Source of the DNA: an uncultured Clostridium sp.
GTDB lineage: Bacteria > Bacillota > Clostridia > TANB77 > CAG-508
Reading direction: 5' to 3'
DNA length: 64,000 nucleotides
Assembly: GCA_948437895.1 (NCBI GenBank)
Contig: CAOJKK010000004.1
Span: 511-64,510, forward strand
The position numbers and the translations under genes are program-made. This document shows, one piece after another, positions 20,538 through 31,997 of the stretch (within the stretch, counting starts at the first letter, position 1; every line of letters starts with the position of its first letter). The notes beneath the pieces were generated by a model that ran no database searches, was not told where the DNA came from, and saw only the letters and a program-made list of their open reading frames with translations.

Positions 20538-22193
20538 ATTTATAAAATTTGTTAATCTTTTTATTACATTTTCTCTTCCTAATACTTGCATTATTTCATA
20601 TAAATCTGGTGTATTGTGTTTTGTTGTAAGTACTACTCTTATAACTGTACTAATGTCTCCTACATGTCCTTTATATTTTTCTGGTTCCTGTTTATATGCT
20701 TTTACTTCTCTTGCATAACCTTTGCTTTCAGATAAATCTTTCATTTTATTAAACCATGTATCCTTATCATCAGATATATCAAAATAGTTTTCAATATATG
20801 ATTTTACAATGTCTTTTATTTCTTCTTTGTCATTTATATTTTGGAATTCATATTCATCCATTTTGCTGTATTTTTCTTCATACATGTATTTAATAATTTC
20901 TTTTACATCTGACCATTTGCTAATATCTTTTCTAGGTTTTGCTTTTCCTCTTTCTATATTTAAAACCTTAATTGAATATTCTTTATTTTCGCTAAGTAGT
21001 TTTGCAAGTTCTTCATCATATTTGCTTGCCCATTTTAGTGTCTCTTCATATATTTTTTCTGCACTATATTTTGATATTACATTTTTAGAAACATCTAAAA
21101 GTTTTACCATATCAAATACAGCTCCACTAACACTCATTTTATTTAATTGTAACTCAAATTCTTTAATATCTTTATCTTTATTGGCTCTTCTCCAAGGTTC
21201 GAAACTTGAGTTTGCAATATTTAATAGATATTCTACAACTGCATCAGATGGTATTCCTTGTTCATGATAATAGCTTACTGCTGCTTCTGGGTCTTTTCTT
21301 TTACTAATTTTTCTTTTACTTCCATTATCATCTTTCATTATTGTTGCTGTATGTGCATATTTAGGTGGTTTGAATCCTAAAGCTCTAAATAGTTCTAAGT
21401 GAAGTGGAAGTGATGATACCCATTCATCTCCACGTATTACGTGTGTTACTCTCATTAGATGGTCATCAACTGCATGTGCAAAATGATATGTTGGAAGTCC
21501 ATCTGCTTTTATTATAACTATATCTTGGTCGTTTTCAGGAAATTCAATATTTCCTTTTATACTATCTTTGTGTTTTATTCTTCTATCTTCTCTTCCTTGA
21601 GATTTAAATCTTACAATATATTTATCTCCATTTTTTATTCTTTCTGCTGCTTCATCTATTGGAAGTGTTCTATATTTTGCCCATACTCCATAATATCCTG
21701 GTCTTATTTTAGCAGCTTCTTGCTTAGCTCTTATTTCTTCTAATTCCTCAGGTGTACAAAAACATGGATATGCTAATCCTTGTTTTATTAAGCTCTTAGC
21801 ATAAGCCTGATATATGTCTTTTCTTTCACTTTGTTTGTATGGCCCATATTCACCAATTTCTTCAGTTTCAGATACTACACCTTCATTTGGAATAACATCA
21901 AAAGCTTTTAGTCCATCTACTATTTGCATAACTCCATTTTCAATTTCTCTTTTTTGGTCAGTATCTTCTACTCTTAAGATAAATACTCCATCTGTTTGCT
22001 CAGCTAATTTTCTATCTATTATACTTCCAAATAGCCCTCCTATATGTATAAATCCTGTTGGACTTGGAGCAAACCTAGTTACCATTGCTCCTTCTTTTAA
22101 ATTTCTTTCTGGATATTTTTCTTCATAATATGAAACATCCTTTGCATTCGGAAATATTAAATCTGCTAACTCATTAAAATCCATATTTTTCAA
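20529..22193 (-). CDS. gltX: glutamate--tRNA ligase (long clostridial type)
   Basis: RFAPSPTGFIHIGG (HIGH region), KISKRK (KMSKS-like), 554 aa. Confidence 0.8.
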   Translation of the reverse strand: MKNMDFNELADLIFPNAKDVSYYEEKYPERNLKEGAMVTRFAPSPTGFIHIGGLFGSIIDRKLAEQTDGVFILRVEDTDQKREIENGVMQIVDGLKAFDVIPNEGVVSETEEIGEYGPYKQSERKDIYQAYAKSLIKQGLAYPCFCTPEELEEIRAKQEAAKIRPGYYGVWAKYRTLPIDEAAERIKNGDKYIVRFKSQGREDRRIKHKDSIKGNIEFPENDQDIVIIKADGLPTYHFAHAVDDHLMRVTHVIRGDEWVSSLPLHLELFRALGFKPPKYAHTATIMKDDNGSKRKISKRKDPEAAVSYYHEQGIPSDAVVEYLLNIANSSFEPWRRANKDKDIKEFELQLNKMSVSGAVFDMVKLLDVSKNVISKYSAEKIYEETLKWASKYDEELAKLLSENKEYSIKVLNIERGKAKPRKDISKWSDVKEIIKYMYEEKYSKMDEYEFQNINDKEEIKDIVKSYIENYFDISDDKDTWFNKMKDLSESKGYAREVKAYKQEPEKYKGHVGDISTVIRVVLTTKHNTPDLYEIMQVLGRENVIKRLTNFINKL

Positions 22194-23301
22194 TTACTCC
22201 CTTCATCTGTTCTTCTTGTTCTTCCATTTGTCTTACTAATTCAAATTGAGCTTTTGCCCTTATTAAGTTATGGTTTGCTATATTTTCATCTACTGCAAAA
22301 TATGTATCACCATTTAGATAATCTGCTAAAAATCTTATACCACATTCATATGTCATCATCCATACTCCAAGTGGTAAGATTTCTAATTCTTCTTTTGTTA
22401 TTGTATCTTTAAGTTCACTTAGAAATCCTTTAGAATATGCCTCAAATCTATCTATATCTACTTTTATTTTAGATAAGTCTTGTTCATCCTCTTTTGCAGT
22501 TGTAATACCTGTTCTTAATCCATCTCCAAAATCGTATGCTAGTGCTCCTGGCATTACTGTATCTAAATCTATTAAACATACAGCCTTGTCTGTGTCTTTA
22601 TCGAATAGGATGTTACTAAGTTTTGTATCATTGTGTGTAACTCTAAGAGGTATCTCTTTGTTTTCTAGTTTTTTTGCAATTATATTTGTTTTGTTTAATC
22701 TATTCTCATCTGTTACATATTCAATTACATCTTTTGCAAGTTCAAATCTTTCTTTTCTTTCACTTAAATTCTCTTTGCTTGAAAGTGCTTCTTTTAATTG
22801 TTCAACTCTGTTTGGAGTATAATGGAATTTTGGTATTATTTCATATAGCTCCTCTGCTGGGAAACTATGTATAAGTTTTTGAAACTTACCTACTGCTCTT
22901 CCTGCTTCACTAAGAATATCTAAATTTTCTGTTGTTAAATATGTTTTTGTATTATCTATGAATTCTTCCATTCTCCAATTTTTATGATATATACAGTTTG
23001 GATCATTATCAATTGTGTCTATCATTCTAATTGTAAGTCTATCTATTGACTCTCCTTTTTCTTCAGCTTTATTAATCATGTATTCAGTTACATTTTTAAT
23101 ATTTTTCATTAGTTCTGGTAAGTCTGGAAACACATTGGTATTTACATATTGAAGAATATATTTTTTCTTTTCTCCATTATCTTTTTGATACGTTACTGCA
23201 TATGTTTTATTAATATGTCCACTATTACATTTTTCAATGTTAATTATTTCTCCGTCAATCTTAAAATTCTTCGCTATTTTTATTAGTTTTTCTTTATTCA
23301 T
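22174..23301 (-). CDS. phosphotransferase-family kinase (APH fold; N-acetylhexosamine 1-kinase-like)
   Basis: GHINKTY ... ILQYVNTNVF ... HNDTKLSNILF ... IDLDT catalytic motifs of the APH/choline kinase fold. Confidence 0.55.
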   Translation of the reverse strand: MNKEKLIKIAKNFKIDGEIINIEKCNSGHINKTYAVTYQKDNGEKKKYILQYVNTNVFPDLPELMKNIKNVTEYMINKAEEKGESIDRLTIRMIDTIDNDPNCIYHKNWRMEEFIDNTKTYLTTENLDILSEAGRAVGKFQKLIHSFPAEELYEIIPKFHYTPNRVEQLKEALSSKENLSERKERFELAKDVIEYVTDENRLNKTNIIAKKLENKEIPLRVTHNDTKLSNILFDKDTDKAVCLIDLDTVMPGALAYDFGDGLRTGITTAKEDEQDLSKIKVDIDRFEAYSKGFLSELKDTITKEELEILPLGVWMMTYECGIRFLADYLNGDTYFAVDENIANHNLIRAKAQFELVRQMEEQEEQMKGVIEKYGF

Positions 23302-23460
23302 AACTATACCTCTTAAAACTAAATTTTGACTTCATAATTATACTATTTAAATTAGGAAAAGTAAAGAAAAAGCAATACAAATATATCCAATTACTTGAAA
23401 ATTTTGTATTGCTTTGTTCTAAATCTACTTCTTTTATATTACAAATCACCGTACTCTTAT

Positions 23461-25534
23461 TTAATTAGTTAATTTTTCTATGTTTGCATCTTTGCTTCCC
23501 CATGGGGATCCTTCTGGGATTATATTATTTCCTGAATTAAAATATATAGTACCTATTGAATATCCTCCCCACATCAAAAACGCATCTTCTCCAATACTTT
23601 TAACACTGTTAGGTAAATATAGCGTTCCATCAATCAAGCCATTACATACAGAAAAGGCATAAGCACCTATACTTTCTAGTCCTTCTTCTATATTTATATT
23701 AGTTAAAGCTGTCACAAAAAATGCAAAGTCTTCAATTCTTCTTACATTTTTAGGAATATTTATTTCTGTTAATTCTGAAGCTACAAAAGCACATTTTTTT
23801 ATAGTAGTCACACTGTTAGGAATAGAATATGATCCCTTTCTTGCTCTAGGGAAAAAGATTAACTCAGTCTTATCCTTATTAAATAATATTCCATCCTCAC
23901 TACTATATACTCTATTGTTTTTAGATACATTTAAATTCAAACTAGGTTTAATTTCTGCTATTTCCCAACCGGAATTTTCCAAAATTTCTTTGTTAACTAT
24001 TTCTGTTTCTATATATGATACATTTTCTGGTATATATAATTCATTTAATCCAGTATTCTTAAATGCAACAATATTTACTGTTTTTAATGACTCTGGTAAT
24101 GTTATTTTAGTTAAGTTTTTACAATTATAGAAAGCACCATACTCTATAGTAGTTACACTTGGAATTACTACTTCTGTTAAATTTGTACATTCTGAAAATG
24201 CTTCTTTCTTTATTGTTTGCAAGCCAGTAGACATTACTACCTCTGTTAAATTAGTACATCCTGCAAAAGCACGCTCTCCCACTGTTTGAATACCGTTTGG
24301 GATAATTACTTTTTTTACTTTGCACCCTTCTAGAAAATCAAATGCTTCAGAACCAAGTGCTGTTATCTTTTCATTCCCTATTTTATATGGAATAATCAAT
24401 ACCTCTGGTAATCTACTTACTCTCCCATCGCAACCTAGTATAGTTCCATTTCCATCTGTTTTCCAAAGTCCTTCGAGTGTTCCACCGATATTCGTCCTTT
24501 CCATCTAATACAAAAGAGTAATCTTCTAAAACAAAATCATATTCTCCACTACCTATTAGATTTTCACAATTCACTTTTTCTCTTGCTAATTCTTGTCCTG
24601 TTATTGACTTTATTACTACCTCATAATTGCCATTCTCCTTAAAGTTATACCCTTTACTATCATTTAGTTCAATACCATATATACTTGCTTTTATATCTTT
24701 TATAGTTCCATCTTTGTATATATATGCTATCCATGAATTCGAGCATATCTCTTTTTCTGTTATACCTTCAAAGGTTCCATCGTAGAAGAGCTCTATAAAC
24801 TCCTCTTCTGTTGTAATATTAACATCTGGTTCAGCATTAGCTAACTCTATTAACTTTTGGTATAATTCTGCTTTTGTAGTAACCCCATTCATATCTATTC
24901 CATAAAAAGTCTCTTCCATAACTGTTTTTACTATTTCTCTGTTTTCTTCATCTTGTATCCACTCTTCTAAATTTTCATGTACTACTGTTCCATTACTTTC
25001 CTTTACATTAGCATAATTTATATAAAATGTTAAAAATCCTTCTATTATCTCTTGCTTTGTTCCTATCTCTACTCCTGCTAATATACCATCATCCCATTCT
25101 ATATACTTATTATATACATTATCCCCTGATGCTATATCTATTTTTGCTAAGAATGAATCCTCTTCACTATGTATTCTTACTTCTATATTTAATTCACTAT
25201 CTAGTATTATTATATCGTATTTACGTTTTTCTACTATTACTTTTGTTAATCCTAATTCACTATCTTTAAATTCTTCTTGTAACTTTTCTTTATATGTTTT
25301 TATATCAAATTTTATGTTCTCATCTTTTACTGAATTCGCATAAAGTGTAGCTTTTACATTTTCGGCTCTTTCTCTTATTACTTCCATTTCTGTTTCTATT
25401 CCTGCTTTTTTTGTTGTATTAAATAATCCTCCTGTTATTGCTACATTTACTGTTACTCCTACTAATATTAACATCACTATTATTGTTATTATTAATGCTA
25501 TTAATGTTATTCCTTTTTCTTTAGTTCTTTTCAT
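23461..25534 (-). CDS. prepilin-like N-terminal signal + unknown domain + BspA-type leucine-rich-repeat domain; the two halves are joined only if one C of an in-frame CGG is skipped
   Basis: The N-terminal ORF starts KGITLIALIITIIVMLILVG (class III signal-like). The C-terminal ORF has repeated LTEVVIP/LTKITLP/LTEINIP LRR units. The ORFs overlap by 92 nt and total 2074 nt = 3n+1. Confidence 0.55.
24485..24487 (-). other. in-frame CGG at ORF junction
   Basis: gaa tat CGG tgg aac. Skipping the C gives GKDEY-G-GTLEGLWKTDGNG. A stop lies just upstream in the downstream frame, so the shift must occur within a few codons of this CGG. Confidence 0.6.
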
Positions 25535-25718
25535 TTATTACCTCTCCTTTTTCATTTGTCTTGTCTTATGTATATTATAAGTTATATGTTTTTATTGTCA
25601 ATATGTTTTCATATTTTTTTATTTAATATATTTTATTATTTACATATATTTTGTTTTTAATCAGTAAAAAAGAAAGCTAAACTACTTAAAGTCTAACTTC
25701 CTTTTTAACCTTTGCATG

Positions 25719-25764
25719 TTTTGGGACAAAATGTCCCAGAAAGAAACGTCCCTATTGGGACATT
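25719..25764. repeat. double-hairpin terminator repeat, family B copy 1
   Basis: TTGGGACAAAATGTCCCA + GAAACGTCCCTATTGGGAC. Near-identical to 28175..28226 and 53437..53481. Overlaps the dapL stop. Confidence 0.8.
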
Positions 25765-26978
25765 CTTTCCATTGCTTTTATTGTGTTTTCTCTTGTTCCA
25801 AATGCAGTTAATCTGAAATACCCTTCTCCTGATGGTCCAAATCCTACACCTGGTGTTCCTACTATTTGTTTTTCTTTTAATAGTTTATCAAAGAATTCCC
25901 ATGATGTTACTCCGTCTGGGACCTTTAGCCATATATATGGAGCATTTATTCCCCCATATGTTACAAATCCAGCTTTGTTTAATCCTTCTCTTATTATTCT
26001 TGCATTTTCCATATAATAAGCAATATTTTCTTCTATTTCTTTTTTTCCTTGCTCAGTATAAATGCTTTCTGCTGCTCTTTGTGTTATATATGATACTCCA
26101 TTAAATTTTGTACACATTCTTCTGTTCCATAATTTATTTAAACTAATTTCTTCACCATTGGATATTTTGCATTTCAGTTCTTTTGGAACTACTGTATATG
26201 CACATCTTATACCTGTAAACCCTGCTGTTTTTGAAAAACTTCTAAATTCTATTGCAACTTCTTTTGCTCCTTCTATTTCATATATACTATGTGGAATTCC
26301 TTCTTCTGTAATGTATCTTTCATATGCTGAGTCAAATAGTATTAATGCTTTATTTTCTTTTGCATAATCAACCCATTTTTTAAGTTCTTCTTTATTTAAT
26401 ACTGTTCCTGTTGGATTGTTAGGAAGGCATAGATATATTAAATCTACTTTTTCTTTTGGAAGTTCTGGTACAAAATTGTTTTCTGCTTTTATTGGTATGT
26501 ATTCTATATTTTCATACATTCCTTTTTCTTTATCATATTTACCTGCTGTTCCTATCATTACATTTGTATCTAGATATACTGGGTATACTGGATCTGTTAT
26601 TGCAACTTTATTCTCATTTCCTAATATATCTAATATATTTGCTACATCACATTTAGAACCATCTGATACAAATATTTCGTCTGGATTTATTTCTACATTT
26701 CTAGATTTATAGTCAAACTTAGCTATTTTTTCTCTTAAGAATTCATAACCTTGTTCTGGTCCATAGCCTCTAAATGTGTCAGCATTCTGCATCTCATCAA
26801 CTGCTTTATGCATTGCCTCTATTATGCTTGGTACTATAGGTCTTGTTACATCTCCTATTCCCATTTTTATTATTTCTTTATCTGGATTTTCTTTCTTGTA
26901 TTCATCTATTTTCTTTGCTATTGTTGAAAACAAATAGCTGTCTTGTAATTCTAAATAATTTTCATTAATTTTTATCAT
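25752..26978 (-). CDS. dapL: LL-diaminopimelate aminotransferase
   Basis: N-terminus [20 protein letters not shown], the [13 protein letters not shown]-lysine motif, 408 aa. Confidence 0.85.
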   Translation of the reverse strand: MIKINENYLELQDSYLFSTIAKKIDEYKKENPDKEIIKMGIGDVTRPIVPSIIEAMHKAVDEMQNADTFRGYGPEQGYEFLREKIAKFDYKSRNVEINPDEIFVSDGSKCDVANILDILGNENKVAITDPVYPVYLDTNVMIGTAGKYDKEKGMYENIEYIPIKAENNFVPELPKEKVDLIYLCLPNNPTGTVLNKEELKKWVDYAKENKALILFDSAYERYITEEGIPHSIYEIEGAKEVAIEFRSFSKTAGFTGIRCAYTVVPKELKCKISNGEEISLNKLWNRRMCTKFNGVSYITQRAAESIYTEQGKKEIEENIAYYMENARIIREGLNKAGFVTYGGINAPYIWLKVPDGVTSWEFFDKLLKEKQIVGTPGVGFGPSGEGYFRLTAFGTRENTIKAMERMSQ

Positions 26979-27004
26979 ACTCTGCCTCCTGTAAAATATC
27001 AGAT

Positions 27005-27209
27005 AAACTGTAATTTGTAGTTTTTGTATCTTAGAGATAGGAATGTTTTAATTATTGATTTCCTTGCGCAAATTCCGTTACTGAAACTGTAAACTACTTT
27101 CGCAGTAACAGTTTCATGTAACGAAAGCTGGATTGCAACGCGGAAATAAATAATTATAAACATTTCCTATCTAACAATAAATGTAAATAACATATACAAA
27201 TTACAATTT
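27005..27209 (+). repeat. MITE-like palindromic repeat, family A copy 3 (between dapF and dapL)
   Basis: Same orientation as copy 1 with few mismatches. Ends are CTGTAATTTGTAG / TACAAATTACAATTT. Confidence 0.8.
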
Positions 27210-27212
27210 GTT

Positions 27213-28067
27213 TTAATTAAATTTAAATTCTCCTTCAAACACAATTGTTGCTGGACCTGTCATAAATACATGGTTTGTTTCTTCATCCCACTCTATTTCT
27301 AGTGTGCCTCCAAGAAGTTCTATATTTACCTTTCTATCTGTAAGCCCATTTATATTGCATGCAACTGCTGTTGCACATGCTCCAGTTCCGCATGCAAGTG
27401 TTTCTCCTGCTCCTCTTTCCCATACTCTCATTTTTACATTGTTTTTATCTATTACTTCTATAAATTCTATGTTAGACCTTTTTGGAAAATGCTCATCTAC
27501 CTCTAGGATTGGTCCATATTTTTCTATATCAAATTCTTTTGTATTTTCTACCAATGTTATTGCATGTGGGTTTCCCATTGATACACATGTAAAATTGAAT
27601 TCTCTATCAATAGCATTGATTTTTAATCCTTTTACTGGTTGCTTATCAAAATTAACTGGTATCTCTTTTGGCTCAAGTATAGGCTCTCCCATATCCACTC
27701 TTACTGTTTCAACTTTACTGTTTTTTACATTAAGATTTAATATTTTTATTCCTGCTAATGTTTCTATTTTCACAGTTTCTTTATTTGTTAATCCTTTATC
27801 ATAAACAAATTTCCCTACACATCTAATTCCATTTCCGCACATTTCTGCTTCGCTTCCATCAAAATTAAACATTCTCATTTTAAAATCTGCAATATCACTT
27901 CTACATATCAGGATTATTCCATCTGATCCTATTCCAAAATGTCTATTGCTCATAAATTTAGCTAGGTCTGATATGTTTCCTAAATTGACTTCTTTTGAGT
28001 AGCAGTCAATGTATACATAATCATTACCTAGCCCATGCATTTTTGTAAATTTAATCATTTTTATCAC
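27213..28067 (-). CDS. dapF: diaminopimelate epimerase
   Basis: [16 protein letters not shown] and ACGTGACA active-site cysteine motifs. Confidence 0.9.
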   Translation of the reverse strand: MIKMIKFTKMHGLGNDYVYIDCYSKEVNLGNISDLAKFMSNRHFGIGSDGIILICRSDIADFKMRMFNFDGSEAEMCGNGIRCVGKFVYDKGLTNKETVKIETLAGIKILNLNVKNSKVETVRVDMGEPILEPKEIPVNFDKQPVKGLKINAIDREFNFTCVSMGNPHAITLVENTKEFDIEKYGPILEVDEHFPKRSNIEFIEVIDKNNVKMRVWERGAGETLACGTGACATAVACNINGLTDRKVNIELLGGTLEIEWDEETNHVFMTGPATIVFEGEFKFN

Positions 28068-28174
28068 CTTTAACTGGTATTAATATACGGTCAAAACATA
28101 ATTATATTTTGATTACTTTGTTATTTTATCATATGCTTTTTAATTTGAAAAGGTTTAATAGAATAACTTATGCA

Positions 28175-28226
28175 TTTTTTGGGACAAAATGTCCCAAAAA
28201 GAAACGTCCCTATTGGGACGTTTCTT
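28175..28226. repeat. double-hairpin terminator repeat, family B copy 2
   Basis: GGGACAAAATGTCCC + GAAACGTCCC tatt GGGACGTTTC (perfect 10-bp stem) with T run on the minus strand. Confidence 0.8.
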
Positions 28227-28228
28227 AA

Positions 28229-30004
28229 TTAATGTAATTTTGTTACATTTATATTTAAGAATCCTTTTATTATTTCTTCGCTAATTTCTTTGTTTGTTGA
28301 TTCAAGTTCTACTGAATAAACATGTTCATTGTCTAGATTACACCATACATATGCTTTTTGATATTTTTCACTATAAAACTCAGAATTTGATTCATATGAT
28401 AATATTTGATATTTGAATTCTGTATTTCCTACTTTTATTGTTTTTATATCTCCTAATTTTACATTTTGATAATATGTAGTGTCTTTATAGTAGTTATAGT
28501 CCCATTCTATATCTTCTTTATACTCTTCGTCTGTATCCCAGCTTAAAGATACATCTGCTTCTATTCCACTATTATTATCTTCTAATTCATAATATTTACT
28601 ATAGTCATAAGAGTATGCACTTTTATATTCAAATCCTGTAGGTACAGAAAACTTTACTGAATATCCATAATTTTCTTCTTTTACTTCATTCTGGGCTGTT
28701 GTTGTTTTAGGTACTGATATATTATCTGACCCATCTGTTATATTATCTTGTGATTCATTATTTTCAAATAAATAAGTTTTTAATAGATCTCCTATTACTG
28801 GTCTTTCACTTAACTTAGTTAATATAGATTGCATATCTTGTTCTGTTAATTCAGTCATATTAATGTTATTTGATACATCTATTTTATCTACACCTTGATT
28901 ATATTCTACTGAGCAGTCAACCACTAATTTAAGCTTTCCAGCTTGTGCAACCTCTGCTGTTATTGTAACTCTGCCTGATTGCTCATCTTTGCTATCTTTA
29001 TCTTTTTCTATTTCAACTTTCCCTTTTATAACATCCATTTTTATTCCTGTTGCTTTTACAGAAATATTGTATGTATATAGATCTTTGTCTTCTTTAACAA
29101 CTGATATTGTTACTGTTTGTGCTTCTTTTGCTGAATATATTTCCAAATCTACACCTAGTGTTTTGAATCCCTTTGTGTATATAGATATTTTTACATTGTT
29201 TTTGCTATCTGCATTTACAGCTTTCATTTGCTCAGCTAATTCTTTCAATGTATCTTTTGGTGATTCTTCAAAACAGTCTAAAAATTTATCATTTTTAGCT
29301 AAGTTTGAACACATACTTGAAATCAAATTGCATAAATCTTTTTGAGATAATGTAAGTGTTGCTTTAGTAACTTTTTTCTCTTTTTCTCCAACATCTATTG
29401 TTGCTTTTTCTTTGTCAAATTCTCCATATTCTTTTATTTGAGATTTTAATTCATCTCTTACTATCTTCATAGCTTTTTTACTATTTTTTGATTGTTCTTC
29501 TGAAGTAGCTGTATCAAATATAGCCTCTATTGCTTCTTTTTGTTCGTTGTCCATATCTGCTTTAATGTATTTGTCAAATAGCCCTTCAAAATACGCATAT
29601 ACATCACCATCGTTATAATAAACTCTTGCATCAGCTACTGCTTGTTTATCATATTCTAATCCTAAGTCAATAATTTCTTGTTTTTTCTCAAAGTCCATTT
29701 GAGCTCCTAGTTTTATTGCATATTTTTCTACCTCTGCTAATTGCTCTTTCATACTTTGATCTTCTGATTCTATTGAAGCTGCAATTTTCGTTTCTACTTT
29801 TATTGAATCATATTTTTTAGAATCAACTTTGAAAAGTTTATCAATTGCACTATTAAATACAAATTGTGGTTTTGCAAATACTAAGAAATATACTAGTATT
29901 AACGCAATTACAACTACTGCTGCAATTATTCCTCCTATTATTAATCCTTTCTTTTTAGGTTTCTTTACATTAAAGTCATCATTAATTTGTTCGATTGTTT
30001 CCAT
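28229..30004 (-). CDS. hypothetical membrane-anchored protein
   Basis: 591-aa ORF with a single N-terminal TM helix and a Lys/Glu/Asp-rich ectodomain. No family recognised. Confidence 0.6.
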   Translation of the reverse strand: METIEQINDDFNVKKPKKKGLIIGGIIAAVVVIALILVYFLVFAKPQFVFNSAIDKLFKVDSKKYDSIKVETKIAASIESEDQSMKEQLAEVEKYAIKLGAQMDFEKKQEIIDLGLEYDKQAVADARVYYNDGDVYAYFEGLFDKYIKADMDNEQKEAIEAIFDTATSEEQSKNSKKAMKIVRDELKSQIKEYGEFDKEKATIDVGEKEKKVTKATLTLSQKDLCNLISSMCSNLAKNDKFLDCFEESPKDTLKELAEQMKAVNADSKNNVKISIYTKGFKTLGVDLEIYSAKEAQTVTISVVKEDKDLYTYNISVKATGIKMDVIKGKVEIEKDKDSKDEQSGRVTITAEVAQAGKLKLVVDCSVEYNQGVDKIDVSNNINMTELTEQDMQSILTKLSERPVIGDLLKTYLFENNESQDNITDGSDNISVPKTTTAQNEVKEENYGYSVKFSVPTGFEYKSAYSYDYSKYYELEDNNSGIEADVSLSWDTDEEYKEDIEWDYNYYKDTTYYQNVKLGDIKTIKVGNTEFKYQILSYESNSEFYSEKYQKAYVWCNLDNEHVYSVELESTNKEISEEIIKGFLNINVTKLH

Positions 30005-30203
30005 TTTTATATCTCCCCCTTATAAATATTGATATAATCATTTTTCTTATGTAATCACCTACTTTTTTTATATCACAAATGATTTTTCTAATCAATGTTT
30101 TGACAAAATTATTATGATATTTTATATTCACAAGTTAACACTATGATTACAAATTAAAAATACCAAACCTCTATAGGCTTGGTATTACTATATTTATAAC
30201 TCT

Positions 30204-31997
30204 TTACACTTCCATTATGATTGGTAGTATCATAGGGTCTCTTTTTGTTTTCTTATGGATATAGTCCCTTAGTTCTTCTCTTAATAATGCTTTTATTGTT
30301 GACCAATCTGTTATATGTTTTTCTTCAAATTTTGCTATTTCTGCTCTTAATAATTGTTTTATATCATCCATTAAGTTTTCTGATTCTCTAACATATACAA
30401 ATCCTCTTGAAAGAACATCTGGTCCTGCAACTACTGTTCCTGTGCTTGAATCCATTGTTAATACTATTATTATTAAACCATCTTGTGATAGACGTTGTCT
30501 GTCCCTTAAAACAATATTTCCAACATCTCCAACTCCTAGTCCATCTACCATTATTTTTCCTACTGGAACTGTTCCTGTTAATTTTGCATCATATTCATTT
30601 AATTCTAATATTCTTCCATTTGTCATGATAAATATGTTGTCAGCATCTACTCCAACTTTTTTTGCTGTTTCACTATGTGCTATTAATTGTCTATATTCAC
30701 CATGGACTGGTATAAAGTATTTTGGTCTTACTAAACTAATCATTAATTTTTGTTCTTCTTGGCAAGCATGTCCTGATACATGTATATCTTCTAATGCATT
30801 GTATACAACTTCTGCACCTATTTTCATTAAGTCATCTATTACTTTAGATACAGAGTTTTCATTTCCTGGTATTGGATTTGCAGATATAATTATTAAATCA
30901 TTTGGTGTTATTTGAACTTTCTTATGTTCTCCTGATGCCATTCTTGTTAGTGCTGACATAGTTTCTCCTTGGCTTCCTGTTGTTATTATTGTAAGTTTGT
31001 CATCAGGATATGATTTTATCATATCTATATCTATAAATACATTGTCAGGTACTTTTATATATCCAAACTTCCTTGCAGTTTCTATCATGTTAATCATACT
31101 TCTTCCACAAACTGCAATTTTTCTTTGATATTTTACTGCTGAATTAACTATTTGTTGTACCCTATGAACATTTGATGAGAATGTTGCAACAACAATTCTT
31201 TTTGTACAATTTATAAATAGCTTATCTAGGACTTCTCCTACTGTACTTTCAGACATTGTATATCCTTTTCTTTCTGCATTTGTGCTATCTGACATAAGTG
31301 CTAAAACACCTTTGTTTCCAAGTTCTGCAAGACGTCCAAAATCTATCATTTCTCCATCAATTGGTGTATAGTCAATTTTAAAATCTCCAGTATGAACTAC
31401 TGTTCCAACTGGTGTATGAATAGCAAGTGAACATGCATCTGGTATACTATGTGTTGTTCTTATAAATTCTACTTTCATAGAACCTAAATTTATAGTTTGT
31501 CCTGGATTTACTACTTTTAATTTTGTGCTTCTTAATAGCTTATGTTCTTCTAGTTTATGCTCTATTAATCCAATTGTAAGCTTTGTTCCATATATAGGTA
31601 CATTAATTTGTTTTAGTAAATATGGTATTGAACCTATATGGTCTTCATGACCATGTGTTATTACAAGCCCTCTTATCTTTTCTTTGTTTTTCTCTAAATA
31701 TGATAAATCTGGTATTACTAAATCTATTCCAAGCATATCATCTTCTGGAAATGCTAATCCACAGTCAACTAATATAATATCATTTCCATATTCAAATACT
31801 GTAATGTTTTTTCCAATTTCTAATAATCCACCAAGTGGTATTATTTTTAGATTTTCTTTTTTAAATCTAACTTGCTCACCTTTCTTTTCTTTTGCTACTG
31901 TAGTTTTTTTCTTTCTTGGTTTATAATTCCTCTTTTTTGGTTTTTCTGTGTTTTTCTTTTCATTAACAATTACATTGTTGTTTGTTTTTTCTTCCAT
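30204..31997 (-). CDS. rnj: ribonuclease J with Lys-rich N-terminal extension
   Basis: Metallo-beta-lactamase motif ITHGHEDHIG, beta-CASP region, 597 aa. Confidence 0.9.
   Translation of the reverse strand: MEEKTNNNVIVNEKKNTEKPKKRNYKPRKKKTTVAKEKKGEQVRFKKENLKIIPLGGLLEIGKNITVFEYGNDIILVDCGLAFPEDDMLGIDLVIPDLSYLEKNKEKIRGLVITHGHEDHIGSIPYLLKQINVPIYGTKLTIGLIEHKLEEHKLLRSTKLKVVNPGQTINLGSMKVEFIRTTHSIPDACSLAIHTPVGTVVHTGDFKIDYTPIDGEMIDFGRLAELGNKGVLALMSDSTNAERKGYTMSESTVGEVLDKLFINCTKRIVVATFSSNVHRVQQIVNSAVKYQRKIAVCGRSMINMIETARKFGYIKVPDNVFIDIDMIKSYPDDKLTIITTGSQGETMSALTRMASGEHKKVQITPNDLIIISANPIPGNENSVSKVIDDLMKIGAEVVYNALEDIHVSGHACQEEQKLMISLVRPKYFIPVHGEYRQLIAHSETAKKVGVDADNIFIMTNGRILELNEYDAKLTGTVPVGKIMVDGLGVGDVGNIVLRDRQRLSQDGLIIIVLTMDSSTGTVVAGPDVLSRGFVYVRESENLMDDIKQLLRAEIAKFEEKHITDWSTIKALLREELRDYIHKKTKRDPMILPIIMEV

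Noticed and set aside
22174-22193. 20-nt overlap between the kinase-like gene and gltX as a frameshift or fusion signal
   Set aside because: Both ORFs are complete with recognisable N- and C-termini. Short overlaps of co-oriented genes are common and no CGG is involved.
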